This document shows, one piece after another, positions 48,432 through 62,796 of a DNA stretch of 64,000 nt. The notes beneath the pieces are model-generated. The model did no database searches and was not told the origin of the DNA. It was given only the letters and a program-made list of their open reading frames with translations. Position 1 is the stretch's first letter; every line of letters starts with the position of its first letter. This DNA is from Flectonema sp. DT1601 (Eukaryota), in NCBI GenBank assembly GCA_964019425.1, contig OZ025782.1, positions 1,426,001-1,490,000 of the forward strand, read 5' to 3'. The position numbers were made by a program, and so were the translations under genes.

Positions 48432-49667
48432 TTAGGGTTTTTGTTCAACGGAGTTTTGTAGACTCCTGAGTAGAGCAATCTTAACATTGACTGCTTGAAT
48501 CATCGCGTCGCTATTGGAATGTAGAGCTGTCAGAGATGTTTCAGTTTCTTTGTAGAACTTTCCTCCATTAGCGAGGAGACGTAGTTTCTGATCGTCCCAA
48601 CCAGGATTCCCAATCTGTTTTTTTGCGATTGATATGACGTGTTTGCGAAGTTCACTTCGAGATGGTGGTCTTGGAAGAGGATTTAGATCTGGTTGTTTAA
48701 TTAATCTGGCAGCACATCTCATGTTGTCAATTCCATGTTTCCGACAATCAGATGGTTTGTGTTGATTTCTATATTGCACAGGTCGTTGTGAAGTTATTTG
48801 TTTCTCAACAGTCTTCACACTTCTCATGTTGCTGTTTCCAATTCGTTGCAACTCAGAACGTTCCAAGACGGGAGGCTTCAAACCATTGAAATCAATACTT
48901 CTCGGTGACTGAAATGGTTTACTAATAACAGGAGGTTTTGGTGTAAACATTTCACTCACAAATCTACCATACTTCTTCTTACGCATGTGATTGAGAGCAG
49001 GTTCTTCTTTTCTTGCTTCTTCAATTGCTTGTTTGTCTGCTTCTTCTTTACGGACCACGTCGAGTACTTTTGAGTATGCGAACACTGGAGCGGTGTCTTG
49101 TTGATCTCTGATAAGTGATTTCAGCTTCTTGCAATGTTCAATGGCGCGAAGTTTCTGAGCTCGATGGTGATTATTTGCATGTGATTTGAGGTTGGGAATC
49201 CAGTCAGGATTCTTAGAACTGTGTTCGTTGTGTTTAGTTCGTCGAATTTCTAAATTCTCAATCGTCAGCAACTGTTTTCGATATTTCTCATCGTCTTGTC
49301 GCTGTTCCAACATCTTGTGAGTGCTTTGTTTGCATTTTGCGTGCATTCTTATTTCTCGTAGAACTCTCTCTTTTTCCCTTTCTCGTTTTTTTTCCATATT
49401 TCTCTCACGTTCTTCCATCTCTAACTTCTGAAGTCTTTGCTCCCGCTCTTCAATAATTTGATTTGAATCTCTGAGCGGTGGTAGGAGTAGGGGGCTCCGA
49501 TGCTTCTTTCGTTTTACTCTTTTCTTCTTTCTCTTCTTTTTGCGACTTATCTTTGGCGGAGATTGCCTGCGATCAGGTATTCCTAAACCATCTAAGTACT
49601 GTCCCACTCCGTCTTGAGGAGGAGTTAGATCTGTCCAACCATGAAATGAATCTTCGGCACCAATCAT
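48432..49667 (-). CDS. Hypothetical basic coiled-coil protein (411 aa)
   Basis: Long ATG ORF on the cluster strand with a K/R-rich NLS-like stretch and an E/R/K coiled coil. Confidence 0.75.
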   Translation of the reverse strand: MIGAEDSFHGWTDLTPPQDGVGQYLDGLGIPDRRQSPPKISRKKKRKKKRVKRKKHRSPLLLPPLRDSNQIIEEREQRLQKLEMEERERNMEKKREREKERVLREIRMHAKCKQSTHKMLEQRQDDEKYRKQLLTIENLEIRRTKHNEHSSKNPDWIPNLKSHANNHHRAQKLRAIEHCKKLKSLIRDQQDTAPVFAYSKVLDVVRKEEADKQAIEEARKEEPALNHMRKKKYGRFVSEMFTPKPPVISKPFQSPRSIDFNGLKPPVLERSELQRIGNSNMRSVKTVEKQITSQRPVQYRNQHKPSDCRKHGIDNMRCAARLIKQPDLNPLPRPPSRSELRKHVISIAKKQIGNPGWDDQKLRLLANGGKFYKETETSLTALHSNSDAMIQAVNVKIALLRSLQNSVEQKP

Positions 49668-49854
49668 TGTGTAGCCATCAGTCCTGTCAGTCAGAAGAAT
49701 AGTTGGTAAGTAACGAAGTATAGTTTTAATTAAAAACCTTCTTATCGAAGGAAGCAGCAGCGACTATTTTGAGAAAAAAAAAAAAACTAAATGACCCAAA
49801 TTCGCTTATCCGCAAAATGATTAGTGTTATTCAATACCATAGCAGGCATATGTA

Positions 49855-50256
49855 CTAATCTAGTCTTGATATCCGTTCTCTATATTTTAGATTGAGATCT
49901 TGTTTTAGAAATTTATCTTTTGAATCTTTATCATTAAGAGGTGTTTGAACACCACCACTTTGATCCACTGTAGTTATCATACCGCGTGACAGTGCTTCTC
50001 TAAAAATTTCAGGGTTCTGTTCTTGTCTATCATGTAGTAATTTTCTTCGAACGTCTCTCGTTGCGCTTGCAGAACTCTCTTCCAGAAGAGCAGCAATCAT
50101 CATGTATCCGTAAATAAAGATCGATCCTCCAATTGCAATTTTTCCAGCTCTTCTCCATTTTAAATCCTTTACTGTTCCGATTTCTTTATATTTATCACCC
50201 TCGTAACCGGCGTGAATCTTTTTTAAGTTTCCCTGTTCATCTTTGTATACCGGCAT
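49855..50256 (-). CDS. Small single-TM hypothetical protein (133 aa)
   Basis: ATG ORF with hydrophobic segment IAIGGSIFIYGYMMIAALL, flanked by AT-rich spacers. Confidence 0.7.
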   Translation of the reverse strand: MPVYKDEQGNLKKIHAGYEGDKYKEIGTVKDLKWRRAGKIAIGGSIFIYGYMMIAALLEESSASATRDVRRKLLHDRQEQNPEIFREALSRGMITTVDQSGGVQTPLNDKDSKDKFLKQDLNLKYRERISRLD

Positions 50257-50904
50257 TTTATTTTTTCTTTTTTTTTTTTCTGGATAAAGGAAGTGCCAGT
50301 GACTTCTCTAATTCACATTAAGTTTGCAAAAAAATTATCATTTTTAATAATTACCATAAAAAAAATAAAAATAAAAAAAAAACATTCAAATTAGCCTTAT
50401 ATTTCGTTGAACGCAGCCGTGTTGTCCACGGCCGACTGGAGTGCTAGTTGGGGTCATTTTAAGCTGTTTGAGAGAAAAAAGAATTATTTTAAAAAAAAAA
50501 AAAACTTTTTCTTTAAAAAAATTGACAAAAAAGAAATAAACTAAAAGTTGGTTTGTTGGTGTGAAGATGACTACTCGGCGTTGAGTAAAGAGTACTGTTC
50601 GCTAATATAGATGCCATCACACTTCATTGACAGTACATAATGTAAGTATAAAAGAAAAGGTAGTCGGTAAAGTTGTTGTCAAACCAAAAAAGGCTATCAG
50701 AACGTCTAAAAGAGAAGAGGGGCGGAGTGGCGGGTTTTAAAAAAAAAAAAAAAAAAAAAACATCTAAATCTACACAAAAAAAAATGCCGTGTATAATAAA
50801 TAATTCTATTCTATAAAATTGAACGCTTCTTTTGATTTCTTCTTTGAGAAAAGCGATTACAACAAAAAAAAAACAAAAACAAAAACAAATTCGTTCCTTT
50901 ATAC

Positions 50905-53851
50905 TTAAGGCACAAAGACACCATGCCTACCCGCCAATCTACTTCGTGAGGAAACAGATGCTCGTCGAGGAGACTGACGTGTAGCCGAGTGAGATCTAAA
51001 CGATGGCATTGAATTCCGTGAATGGCTGTGGATGTGATGAGAAGACGGTTTTGGAGGAATTCCGTTGGGAAGAATAGCTAAAGACAGTACGACAGTTGTG
51101 TAGTCAGCACCACCAGCAGTTTTAAATTTCCAAGAACGAGACATCCCTTCCCTAGTCGAAGGATCATCAGTCACACTGAGTTGAGTTAGTCGTCTCTTGT
51201 CAACAGCAATACGAGTTCCATAAGTCTTTGGAATATCAAAGTCACCAAGACCACTCATACCACCTGCAGCATTTCCCGTTAACTTTAATGATAGAAGTGT
51301 TGGTGTTGCTGTTGGTGCTGATGTCCCACTCGTATTATTTCCAATAACTTTCCATAAACTATCTTCTTCTCCAGTATCACCTCTTCCACTCTTGTTGTAA
51401 CCAGACATAGCAAGCTGTTGTTCTTTTTCGGCGACTAACTGCTGCCAGATGGCAAGTTCACGTTGCCAGTCCTCGTCACGTTTAGCGATTTCAACTTTTG
51501 ATTGTGTTTTTACAGCGTCTAAGTGATCAAGCACCTGATCACAGAAAGCTTCTATTTGAGCCGTGTGGTGAGCTTCTTGTTCTTTCAGTAGAGTAGAAGC
51601 TTCTTCTCTTTCAGCAGCCATTGCTGATAATTTGGAACGCAATTCAGTCTCTTTGAAGTTCAACTGATCGTTGATGAGAGAAAGGTCATCTGTTGCTGTT
51701 GTAGCTGTGACGGGTTTCTTTTCTGGACTTGTACAGGTATGGTTATTTACTAGGACTGGTTTTGTTTTGTTATCAGACTCTGCCTTCGACGTGTTTTCGA
51801 CGATTGAAAGTTCGAATGCTCTTTTTTTATCGAGTTGTGTTCTCAAGTTTGATATTTCTGACTTTGATACTTCAATCGCTTCAGTTAATACTTTGATTGT
51901 ATTGCGAGACGCTGCAGCCTCATCTGATGATATGATTCCTTTTGAACGATATTCTTCAGTAATTTTAGCATTCTCTTTAGCAGACTGCGCCATATCTTTT
52001 ACTGTCTTCGCTAAACCGCTCTTCTCATCTTCTAAAAGGGAAACCTTTTCTCTCATATATTCTTGTTGTTGCATTGAATCTTGTAGAGCCTTTTTACTCT
52101 TTGTTAATTCAGTACTCAGATCAACTTTGATTGACTGAAGCATGTCAAGACTAACATTCTGTCTGGAAGGTGGTGTTAAAATTTCTGGACTTGTTATGTT
52201 ATTTTCTCTCATGACAGTAACACGGTCAGGTGTGTTGGATGAAATGCTTCCAAACTGTAGTTGTTTTGTTTGTTTTGGAAGAGGAGCGATACTCAACAGT
52301 AAACATATAACACTATAACACATACCTGTCTGCTTAGAAATTTTGACCAACTGAGCCACACCTCTCTGGATTCAGTAGTAAGCAGATAAGGCTGTTGTTG
52401 GTTTGTTTGTTTATTTTGAATTATAATTAACCTCTACCTCTACGCACATATAACATGATAATTAATTAAAGACATACCGTTGAGTCGTTTTCAGGTTTTG
52501 GAAGAAAACCAAAATAATAACAATTTGGATCAACAGCCAACGGATGATAACACGAGACTCCAGTTAGCGGATCTGTGGATTCTGCGAGGTTGGATGTGAA
52601 ACGGGAAATGAAAGCTGCCTGCATAGCATACCAACGACATCCTTTACGAGAATGACCGCTGTCAGCGTCTAGTTCTGAAGAGAAGTTTTGTAGACATTGA
52701 AGGCTTGCGGCTACCCATCTTCGATGCCAAGTTTCATCAACGAGTTTTAATAAATATCCTTCTTTAAAATCTACTTCAACTTCACGGTTAACTTCTTGTT
52801 GTTGAAGGAGGCTTCTTTCTTTTTTGAGAGCCGATTCCGTAGTTCTCAGAAGCTTTTCTTGACTGCCGAGTTGTTTTTCTAAATCAGTTCGTAGGACTTC
52901 AGAGCGGCGTAGTTCTGCCTGCAGATGTTGGATTTTATCCTGAAATTCAGCAGCACTCACATCGTAGACTGCTTTCATTTTAGCTGTTTGAGAATTCGAT
53001 ATCGGAGTTCCCTCAGATCTCGATTCCATTAATTCAGTTTGGAGTTCTGTAATCTTTTGTAAGAGGTCGTTGTTCCTGGAGATGCTTCCGTCAAGTTCCC
53101 GTTCTAGTTTAGCAACCCGTTGTTCACTTACTATATTATTTCCAGAGCTGATGTTACCCTCTTGCAGTAATATTACTTCTTTTCGTAGTTGTTTTTCACC
53201 CTCACGAAGTGTTTGATTTTCAATTTCGAGTTCAGCTCCCCCATCAAGAGTCGACTGCAACATCTTTACGCAATGCTGTGCAGTGTGACGAATAATATCA
53301 ATTGTGGCTTGAGACTCCGCCTGGTGGTTTTCAGGTAGTAATTTTTGCATCATTTTATTAGCTTCCGTATGAACAGCATCCAAGTCTGCCTGCACGCTGT
53401 GTAATAAATTTGATGCCTCAGCTGTCAGAGACTCAGCGCTTTTCAGTTCTGTTTGGAGTTCTCTATTTTCATTAGATAAGTTCCCGACAGTACTCTCGAG
53501 ATCCATTATAGACTGCTCTTGAGAGCGGAGTAGTAGTTGCATTGTGTCTGATGGCACTGATGGAGAAGGACCAGGAACAGGTTGCTGCTGCTGAACAGGA
53601 GCTGCTTGAAAAACTGGTGCATATGACTGAGGTGGTGGATGCTGCACTGGCTGCTGATAACCACCTGAACGTCCCGATGGCACCGGCTGCAGTGGTTGAG
53701 TTGGTGGTGTGGCTGGTGGGGTTCTTGCGGTACTTCTTCTTTCTGACCCCTGTGGGTACAATGGCGGCCGACTTGTTACACTTTGTGGTGATGCTGATAT
53801 GTCTCCCAAACCTAAATATCCATCTCTCATGTATTCTTCAAATCTACTCAT
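50905..53851 (-). CDS. Coiled-coil protein with central PH-like domain; exons 53851-52478, 52391-52326, 52254-50905
   Basis: KEGYLLKLVDETWHRRWV (PH start). The middle exon PYLLTTESREVWLSWSKFLSRQ supplies the PH C-terminal Trp helix. Both GTATG...ACAG introns keep the frame. Start codon (MSRFEEY) is inferred. Confidence 0.8.
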
Positions 53852-54044
53852 CGTTTTGTTGTCCTGAGGAACGAACTCCTCCCTGACTCGCTTAAATGGA
53901 ATAACAAAACAGACCTCGACCACTATAATTGCTAAAAAACTAAATAGAACTCGAGCGTGAAGCAGAAACAACAAACTCATAACAAACAACAAAACTAAAC
54001 AAAAATAAAACTGTTTTTTGGATCATAAATAAAACACATAAACT

Positions 54045-54440
54045 CTATTCCTCATACCGGTATACCTTACAACCGATTATGTTAACACTACGAGAGGGTA
54101 ACTCAACTAGAGTGTTGTAGCTGTCGGCTAGTTTGTTTGACCGAAGCGATGCTGGACGTAATCCAGGTATTCCCTTCACTTTCAAAGAGTCCAGTCGGTA
54201 TTGAATCTTTACAACCGAATCGAGAATATTTAAGTTATAGTGTGCGGTATTGATCTTCTCTTTTGATTTTGATTTTAATGAAAATCTTTTCTTTTTTGGT
54301 CCGGCGAAACGTTGACACATATGTCTGGTTTTTTTTGTATGGCTGACATCAGGTTGACTGGAAACTGTTCTGACAGCGAATGAAACAATTGTTGAAAGCT
54401 GTTATTATGTTTGTTTATTTTATTTTTATTTTTTTTGTTG

Positions 54441-54474
<34 letters not shown>

Positions 54475-56652
54475 CCAAGAACATACCCTATTAACTGGAT
54501 ACAATGGCGGAGTGCGAATGCCTTGCAGAGAACGTAAAACATAAGTGACATCTTCTTTTGGCATTGCAACGGGATGGAGCATGCATTTTGTGTAGTAAAG
54601 AACTTTCTTATAAACACCGTGCTTCTCAAGTATTTTACGATAAGTATCACATGGGAGTTCGAGACACTCAACAGATTCGTGTGCAATGACAGGAGCTATC
54701 CATTTGTGTGGAATTAAACAACTAAAACCGATACACTCACCAACAACTACTTCCGCGTCTTCATCGCGAACCATAGCTTTCCCCGCTGTTATAATTATCA
54801 GTTTGTCGCATAGTTGACTGTGAGAGACAACAGCCGTGTATTTCGGTGATACACGAGGAGTAAACGCATCTGATAAATCACTCATTAATAATTCCCATAA
54901 ATGAAGATCTAAATTAAGTAAACAAAGCAAAGGTGTATTCCTAACCCATTCATTGTATTTACATGCTTGCTCTTGCAACCATGCCTGTTGCTGAATAGCT
55001 GTCTGCTGCATCATCAAATCACGAGCACCATTATGAAATGATAGTGCTGATAAGAAATCAGCTTTTGAGAGTAACCACAAAGCACATGGTGTCAACGTTC
55101 GTATAGTTGCTATCCGCTTTTGAACAAATAAAAGAGCCATTTCACCAAATACCGCAGGTGGTCCTAATTTTTTCAAAAGTGTTTCTTGATTAGCAGCTGA
55201 TTTAAAAACTCCAACCTTTCCATGTCTTAAGAAGTAAACATCAGCAGCGACCTCACCTGCTTTGCAAACAACATCACCAGCGGGGACAAAGTATGGTTGC
55301 AACTTTTCAATAAGAGCTATCAGCAGAACATCAGAAACGTCTTTAAACAATTGACAATTCCTAAGAAGAACTGGAGTCATTGGATACGCCTGAAACATAA
55401 CACTCTTTCGTTGTTCAAATGCAGAGAACTGCACTTGTTGAGATGCCGCTTCGGGAAGCGAACTAAACAAATTGATGAAATCTGACTTTCTCAAAACCCA
55501 CAAATCAACTTCAGTGATCGCCCTTATAGTAGCATGTCGTGGCTCATCAGTTAAGATGCTGTACTCACCAAAAAGACTTGGCGCTGATAGCGTACTCACA
55601 AGTTGTTTATTGTTAGAGCTGATTCCTTTAATTGATCGTTCTTTCTTTTTAACGACTTCGACCACTCCGGATGCTAAAAAGAACAATCCCGACGATGCTT
55701 GTTCACCTTCATGAACAATAATAGTTCCGCTATCGACCGAGTGTAACAACAGTCTTTCTTGCACTAAATGAATATCAGGCCATGATTTAAAGAGAGATGC
55801 TTTTTGTAAAGATTCGATTGATGGTTTTGGTAGTTCACTTTTAGTTTCAATTCTACTTCTGAGTAAATTCTTACGAAGCCACAGTCTAGCAGCAGGTAGG
55901 AAGTGAAGAACTAATCGGTCAAGAGCAAACTTTATAATTGTATCCGACACCAAACTAGGCATACAATCCAACACTACTTGAGAAGGAAAACATTCCATCC
56001 CGGCACTGCATTGCCTGGAATCTATTAAAGCTGATTGTAGTCTCCATGTTCTTCCTGTAGCTGTATTCTTCTGATCAGATGGGTTAATTATTGACGGCAT
56101 TGTTTTACGTGTGATACTCTGAACTTGTCTTCCATTCTGTTTCAATGTATTAAACAGACGAGGAGTATCAGGAGGCGATTCATCTTTGTCGTATTTCTTA
56201 GACGGAGGTAGTCTAGATGTTGCTGTAGGGAGTGACACTACAAAAGAACTGACACGATGACCAAACGGAGATGGTTGCTGCGATGAATTTCGCATCAGCG
56301 GTGATTCATTTCTGTTGTTCTTCTTATTTACTCCACTCGTTTTTATTGTCGAACCGTTTCTTTGAACGGTCAACACCATCGATGTCGCCCTGCCATCAAT
56401 TGCTGGTGCCAACGACGACATATTTCGTCCAGGAGACTCACACGGAGAGTTGCATGCCCAGGACTTAAAAGAACGTGTCTTCCTTTCTAGTATTTTACTT
56501 TCTGGAGTTCCCTCTTTTTTTAGATGTAAGGCGCTGCCACTTCTCTTGCAACTTCCTCCCCTTATTGATACTTGTCCCTGTAAACCCATACTCAGTAGTG
56601 GTGATTTAGAGACAGACCGTTGTCCTATGTTAGTATCACTGGGAGCTGACAT
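54045..56652 (-). CDS. Cyclic-nucleotide-binding domain protein (2-3 cNMP domains); exons 56652-54487 and 54398-54045
   Basis: LFGEYSILTDEPRHATIRA and VFGEMALLFVQKRIATIRT phosphate-binding cassettes plus a degenerate third domain. Intron GTATGT...ATAACAG joins the 54045 ORF in frame. Confidence 0.85.
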
Positions 56653-56856
56653 CGTCTTCCACCAAAGTGGAATCTATGTTACCTTTTTTAGTGTCATTGT
56701 TATTGTGTTGATGCTGAAGGTAGAAGTATTCTTAATATTGTTACTGATGGCACACCGTTGATAGGAAAAGTTCTAATAATAAACAACTAACAAAAAAAAG
56801 AAGGTGTAAATAAATACTAAAAAAAAGAAAAAAGGGACTGCAGAAGCAGTACCTAT

Positions 56857-59070
56857 TTAACTCGCCATCCTCACATTTTGTGATTCTCTTCGCTTTAAAT
56901 GAGTTGGTTTCCCAGTCTGTGTTGTAGGCAAGGCTAATGACTGCGGTTTTCCTCCGTACAAAGCACGGCAAAATGGTTGTGTGTTACCCGTTGAACCAAC
57001 CTGCAGTGTGATTATTTTATATTAGTCGTATTGTTGAAGGTGGTCTTGTTTTTTGGAAACATACTTTATCTTTTGTTGATTTATTAATCCTCTTCTTGGC
57101 TTTTAGAAGTACCGCAGGAGAGTCAAATCCGGTACCCAGTCTGTGTGATTTAAGTTTTTTTAGGAGGGAAAAAAAAAAGAATCGGTCCGCTTCACCTTTT
57201 ACTTGTTATTCTACACTTTTGTTTTTGTTTGTGCACAAAACCAGATACAAAAAAAAAAAAAAGGAAAATACCTATCACTCCCACCAAGGTTAGGCAATGC
57301 GCTTGGATTATTAAAGTACGAACCTCTTAAGAAATCTTGTGATGATGGTCTGCTGTGAAATCTATTATTGGTGTTGATGCTTCCGTTATTAGGAAATCCT
57401 AACATTGGTACGAGTGGTCTTGGTCTGTTTAATATTATTGTAATCGAATGAATGAAAAGGGAGAAAGATATAAAAAAAAAGACTACAAAAAAAAAAAAAA
57501 AAAAAACACACTTGTCATAATTCTGGTATTGATTTGTTTTTATTTGCGGATCAGGTTGGGGTGGTATCGAAGGCGTAGATGTTTCAAGTTCTGGAGTTTT
57601 TCTCAAAGTAGGTAAATTATTACATGCATAAGTGTGATGGGTGTTTGCAATAACAGTACTTTGACCTGTTACCGTAAACAGCTGTTGGTGCCTTGCTGAT
57701 TCTCTGCTTACTTTATCTTTTCTATTCCGTTGATTCACCGGTTTCGCATAAGCTTGAGCAGGTGGTTCCGGAGGTAGTATTTCACTCAGGTACTCGTTGC
57801 TTTGTTTTGGAACACGATGTTGTTGTAAGAATAAATTTCCCCAAGTGTTGTCTATTTTATCTCGGTGAAGGACAACTTTATTTGATTGTTGTTTTGATTT
57901 CTTATTATTCGAAACCAACCCGCCTGATGATTCAGTTGATGGCACAACCACCCCAGGAGACCGATCTCTTTTTGACTGAAACTGATTCACAGTTTCTGTC
58001 ACAACCTTTTTAACAGCCGACTGCTTAAGTTGCTGTGATGGCTTCTGTGTAGGTGTAGAATAAACATCTGTATGTCCATCATAAATAGCTGATTTTGGTC
58101 TGATGTGTGCTCCCATCTGAGCTTGAAGAGCTATATCTTCTTCCTCTTTCATCTTCTTAAAATTTTCAGAAAAAGATGCCAAGAAATTATTATTACTAAA
58201 ATAAGGATGCTTCAACAAAGAGTTACAAGACATTCGATGTAAAGGCTCATTCACTAAACAACATTTCAGCATAACAAGAAGTTGACGAACACCAATACTA
58301 CCTGAAAGTTTCTTTTCTATAGTTTCAACTGTACGAGGTTCAGGAAGATCAAGACCAGTGTATAAAGGATTATTTTTAAAAGCTGATAATTGTCTACTTG
58401 TGAGCCTACCTGTTGTTTTTATAATTTGATGAAGTTGATCGAGGTCAGACTCACCAGGGAATAAAGGAACACCTGTACTAATCTCAGCAGTCATGCATCC
58501 GACAGCCCAAATATCAACTGATTGATGGTATTCTGGATCACCCACTAACAGTTCAGGTGACCGATACCATCTGGTTGCTACATAGTCGGTGTATTTAGTA
58601 CCGTTGCCTCCCATCGTTCTCGCAAAACCGAAATCACATAATTTTAAAATTCCAGATTTAGATATTAATATATTTTCGGGTTTGACATCTCTGTGAATAA
58701 TTTTATTCTGATGACAATACTGCAATGCACACAACAGTTGATATGTATACTTCTGTACATCCGAATCGTCAAGTCCGTACGGATGCTTTTCAAGTATTTC
58801 TAAGATAGTTCTTTCAACGTATTCGAACACGAGAAATAATTTACGATCTCGAGGTCGTCTAAAGACTTCTAGTAGAGATACGATGTTGTTGTGTTTTAGT
58901 TGTTTTAATATTCTAACCTCTCGTAGTCCAGTCTTCTTCACTTGTTCATCTTCTTCACTTTCTTTAAACTTTTTTATTGCTACGACTCTTCCAGTTTCTT
59001 TGTGTCTTGCCTTTAATACGACTCCATACGTGCCTTCACCGATGGTACCCAAGATTTCATAGTTTTCCAT
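56857..59070 (-). CDS. CDKL-family (CMGC, TDY activation loop) protein kinase with long C-terminal tail; introns near the 3' end
   Basis: MENYEILGTIGEGTYGVV, VAIKKFKE, HRDVKPEN, CDFGFAR, YTDYVATRWYRSPE. Introns 57511-57425, 57271-~57141 and ~57064-57002 give an in-frame stop at 56857. Confidence 0.9.
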
Positions 59071-59534
59071 AGAGTATCATTGCAGGGGGGTGAAATCACA
59101 ACAGGTGTCCTTCACAATCAGATACTGTTTTTTTGGGGGGGGAAAATAACATCATAAAATATTTTCATTAAAAAAAAGCATAAAGTGCAATTAGTCATTT
59201 TTTTTTTTTTTTTAAAATGCCTGATTTTCTATAAAAAAAAATTTCAGGGGGGGACGACCAAGATACGTAACTTCTCAAAATGAGGCCAAAGATAACCTCA
59301 CACACTAGCGCTGATCAACAAGACGTAAAGGGAAGTATAAAAGAGAAAAAAAAAAAAAAAAAGTAAATGTTGTTGGGGGGGAAGAAAGTGGGTGCGCAAT
59401 GAAAAAAAAAAAAAAACTGATAAAGTGTGTTGCCATAAAGAAGACTTTAAAAAAAAATAAAAAAAAAAATTAAGTAATGAAAACACTGGATACATAATAA
59501 TCCAACCAAACTGACTTAGAGGAGATAAGAGTCG

Positions 59535-62500
59535 CTACAAATACAAAGAACCTGCAAAAACGATGTCTCTCTTCATTTTGACATTGGCTTCCATTAACTT
59601 TCCACACAACTCTTCGTCACCAATTACCTGTTATTGGTTTTGTTAAATGCTGGTATGAATTTGAGTAATAAAGAAAAGAAAAAAAAATGATTTTGGTTTT
59701 TTTTTTGATGCATACCTTTGTTGCTGATGCGAGCTGCCTGAGAAGTTCCTCCAGTCGCCTCATCATTCTAATAATATTCCCCTGTTTTGTTTTAGTATTG
59801 TTGGTAATTAGTGTTTTAGTGTTTGGTGTCGTAATAATTAAAGATTAATGAAGAAAACACGTACCTCATAAATATCAGTTTGATTATTTTGACAAATGTC
59901 AGTGAACTTGGCTCCATTCATCCAAGCGTATGTAATGTCAAGTAAAGCCGGTTTTATCCCTTCCCCTTCAGTTGTTTTTTCAATACCAGACTCCAGTTGA
60001 ATATCTTTGATACGTTTGTCAATCTCGTAGAGGAGTTGAAGAGGTTCTTTAAATTCCTCTTTTGGATTCCAACCTTCTTGGGACTTTTCAGTCGTGACCA
60101 ACGCAGATAATAACGCGGCGATTTGATTAGTTGTGAGAGTTTTAAAAACGTTTGCGAATACCAACTCGCAGAGGAGGAGCTCATTCTCATCGCTGGTACT
60201 GATTTCAGTCGCAACTCTTCCCTTTAGACGAACAATATTATCAGCATCGGTGTATTCAAGACGACGTAGTACACGAAGCATTCCCTTCAACTCATTACGA
60301 AGAACAACTTTTTTACTTGTTTTGAGCTGCTTCTGTAATCCGTTGATGTGACCCTCGAGTTGGTCTTTCTTTTGGTAACGAGACATTGCAGAAATGAGTT
60401 CTTGATTTTCTGTGTTGTAGCATTCATTTTTTTGCATTTGTTTCGTTAAGACGTCGATACGTTTTAATGCTTTAATCAGTTCCGGGTCTGATAATTTCAT
60501 TTCTGTGATTGGATCCATCGATTGAAAGGTTCCAGTCTTCTCACGTGCAGCTTGAATTGACCTGTACATCTTACTCTTTTCTTCAGAACTTGCTAATGAT
60601 GGTGGGACGTACATTCTCATTACAGAGACTTGTTCAATTTCATTGAGAGTGAATTGAACGACGTCCATACAACCGTTTCTTGGTTCTGCGAATGGACATG
60701 GAGCAGGTCGTCCATCTGTTGTTGGGTGCGCACCTCTATTAATTTCATTAAAAACATGAACGAGAACATCAACTGTGTATGTCTTGATTACTTCAAAGCT
60801 TTTGTCTACCTTCTCAGAGGCGTTACATGATAAAAGCATTCCCCAATCATAATCAACTCCTTGGCTTGTTATCATTTTTACCATCCTACCAGGTTTTAGA
60901 TAAACTACAATGTTTTCTGGTTTCGTAATGACAGTTCTACAGATGTCGGTGTATTTCTTTAGTTGTTTCTGAGCTGAAAAGTATTCTGAGACAATCTCTT
61001 CTTGTGGAATACCAATGCCGTCAATTTTATCCTGGAGTTGCTTAATCTCTGCTTCGAGTTTTGGAAGTCCTTTATCGGTTTGAAATTGTAAGAAAGAACG
61101 ACACATGATATACAACGGATCTATATCTTCAACTCTCAGAACGTTAAGAACCATGTTGTATGTTAGATGAAATGCTGATAGCAGAGGATCTGCTTGTCCA
61201 GAAGTCATAGCACGTAGGACATCTGGTGGAACAGCTTCATCAATCATAGCAATTGCTAAACCGTGAGTGTCAATTCCACGACGACCAGCTCTTCCAGACA
61301 TTTGAACGTATTCTCCTGAAGTAAGCCATCTGTTGCCTTCACCGTCAAACTTTCTTACGCTTGTAAAAATAACTGTTCTCGCAGGCATGTTTAATCCAAT
61401 TGAAAAAGTTTCGGTACTGAACAATATCTTAATAAGTCCTTCTCCAAACAACAGTTCTACGATTTCCTTTAAGATCGGAAGTAGACCAGAATGATGAATT
61501 CCAACACCCCTTTTCAATAATGGTAAAAGATTTGTTACAGCGTCGAGCTGTCTATCTTCTTCTCCAAGCGCTTCTATAGCATTATTAAAAACTGTTTCGA
61601 TAAGTCCCTTTTCTTCATCGTCATTAAAATCCATCTTTGACATGTACAAAGCGTACAATTCACATTCCTTTTTACTAAAGGAGAAGATGATAGCGGGACT
61701 GAGTCCTCTTGCCATGATTAGTTTAATAATTTTGGCCAATGGAGCTGCTTGATTTCCACCCTTTCTTCCTTTCTTACCTCCTTTGGTTGCTACAGCGCTG
61801 GCATTTTTTCCACCATCGGTGCTTTGACCGACTGATGACATGGCTTTTTGGAATGTGTCGGTTTTGAAATTTTGGAATTCATCCACAACCATAAACATTC
61901 CATCAGCCCCAGCAGGATAAATGTAATGTTGAAGTGGAGTAGGACGGTAGTCGGTATAAATACATTTACATTTCTTGCCTGGATGGATGTGCATAATCCA
62001 TTCAGCAAATTCCTGTGAGTTTGGGATTGTCGCACTCAAAAAGACGAATTGCACTTTGTCAGGTAGAAGAATGATTGTTTCTTCCCATGCGACTCCTCTT
62101 ATCTTATCACGCATATAGTGAACTTCATCAAAAATAACACATCCAACTTCACGAAGCATTTCTGATCCACGGTAAAGCATCGATCTTAAGATTTCAGTCG
62201 TCATCACCAAACAATCAGATTCAGGTTTCATGGTAACATCTCCAGTCATAAGTCCAACGCTATCAAATCTCTCTGACAGTTCTCTATATTTCTGATTACT
62301 AAGAGCCTTAATTGGTGATGTATAGATGACCCTCTGCTTTGCTTTCAGTGCCATAGCAATAGCATAAATAGCGACTGTTGTTTTACCAGCGGATGTATGC
62401 GCTGCTACTAAGACGCTGTCTCCGTCTTCGAGAGCGTCGACAGATTCTCTTTGAAAGACGTCGAGCTCATAAGGAAACGTGATTGCTGGTTCGTAAGTCT

Positions 62501-62546
62501 TCGCCCGCTTGACTGGACCTTCATCTTCAGAGGGTTGCTTAGACAT
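59535..62546 (-). CDS. MTR4: Exosome RNA helicase MTR4 (Ski2-like DExH), 946 aa; exons 62546-59865, 59781-59716, 59627-59535
   Basis: AHTSAGKT, TSPIKALSNQKY, DEVHY, LSATIPN, QMSGRAGRRG. Spliced C-terminus EGNIIRMMRRLEELLRQ...KRDIVFAGSLYL* matches the DSHCT domain. Confidence 0.95.
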
Positions 62547-62796
62547 GGGGAATGCCTCTTAGGAAAAATGAAATTAAAAATAAATTCAGTAAAAAAAAAT
62601 AAATAAATTAAAGGCTAAGACCATCATCAGCATATAAAATAACATTTTTTAGTTTTGTGATTTTGGTTGAAAAGTAAAAGTTTTTTATTTTTTTAAATAC
62701 TTCAAAGAACTAAAATTGCAACAAAAACAAAACAATGGCTAAAACACTAAATAATTTTTTTTTTTTGGCCAATGCTGAGTAACACTGAAGGCGATT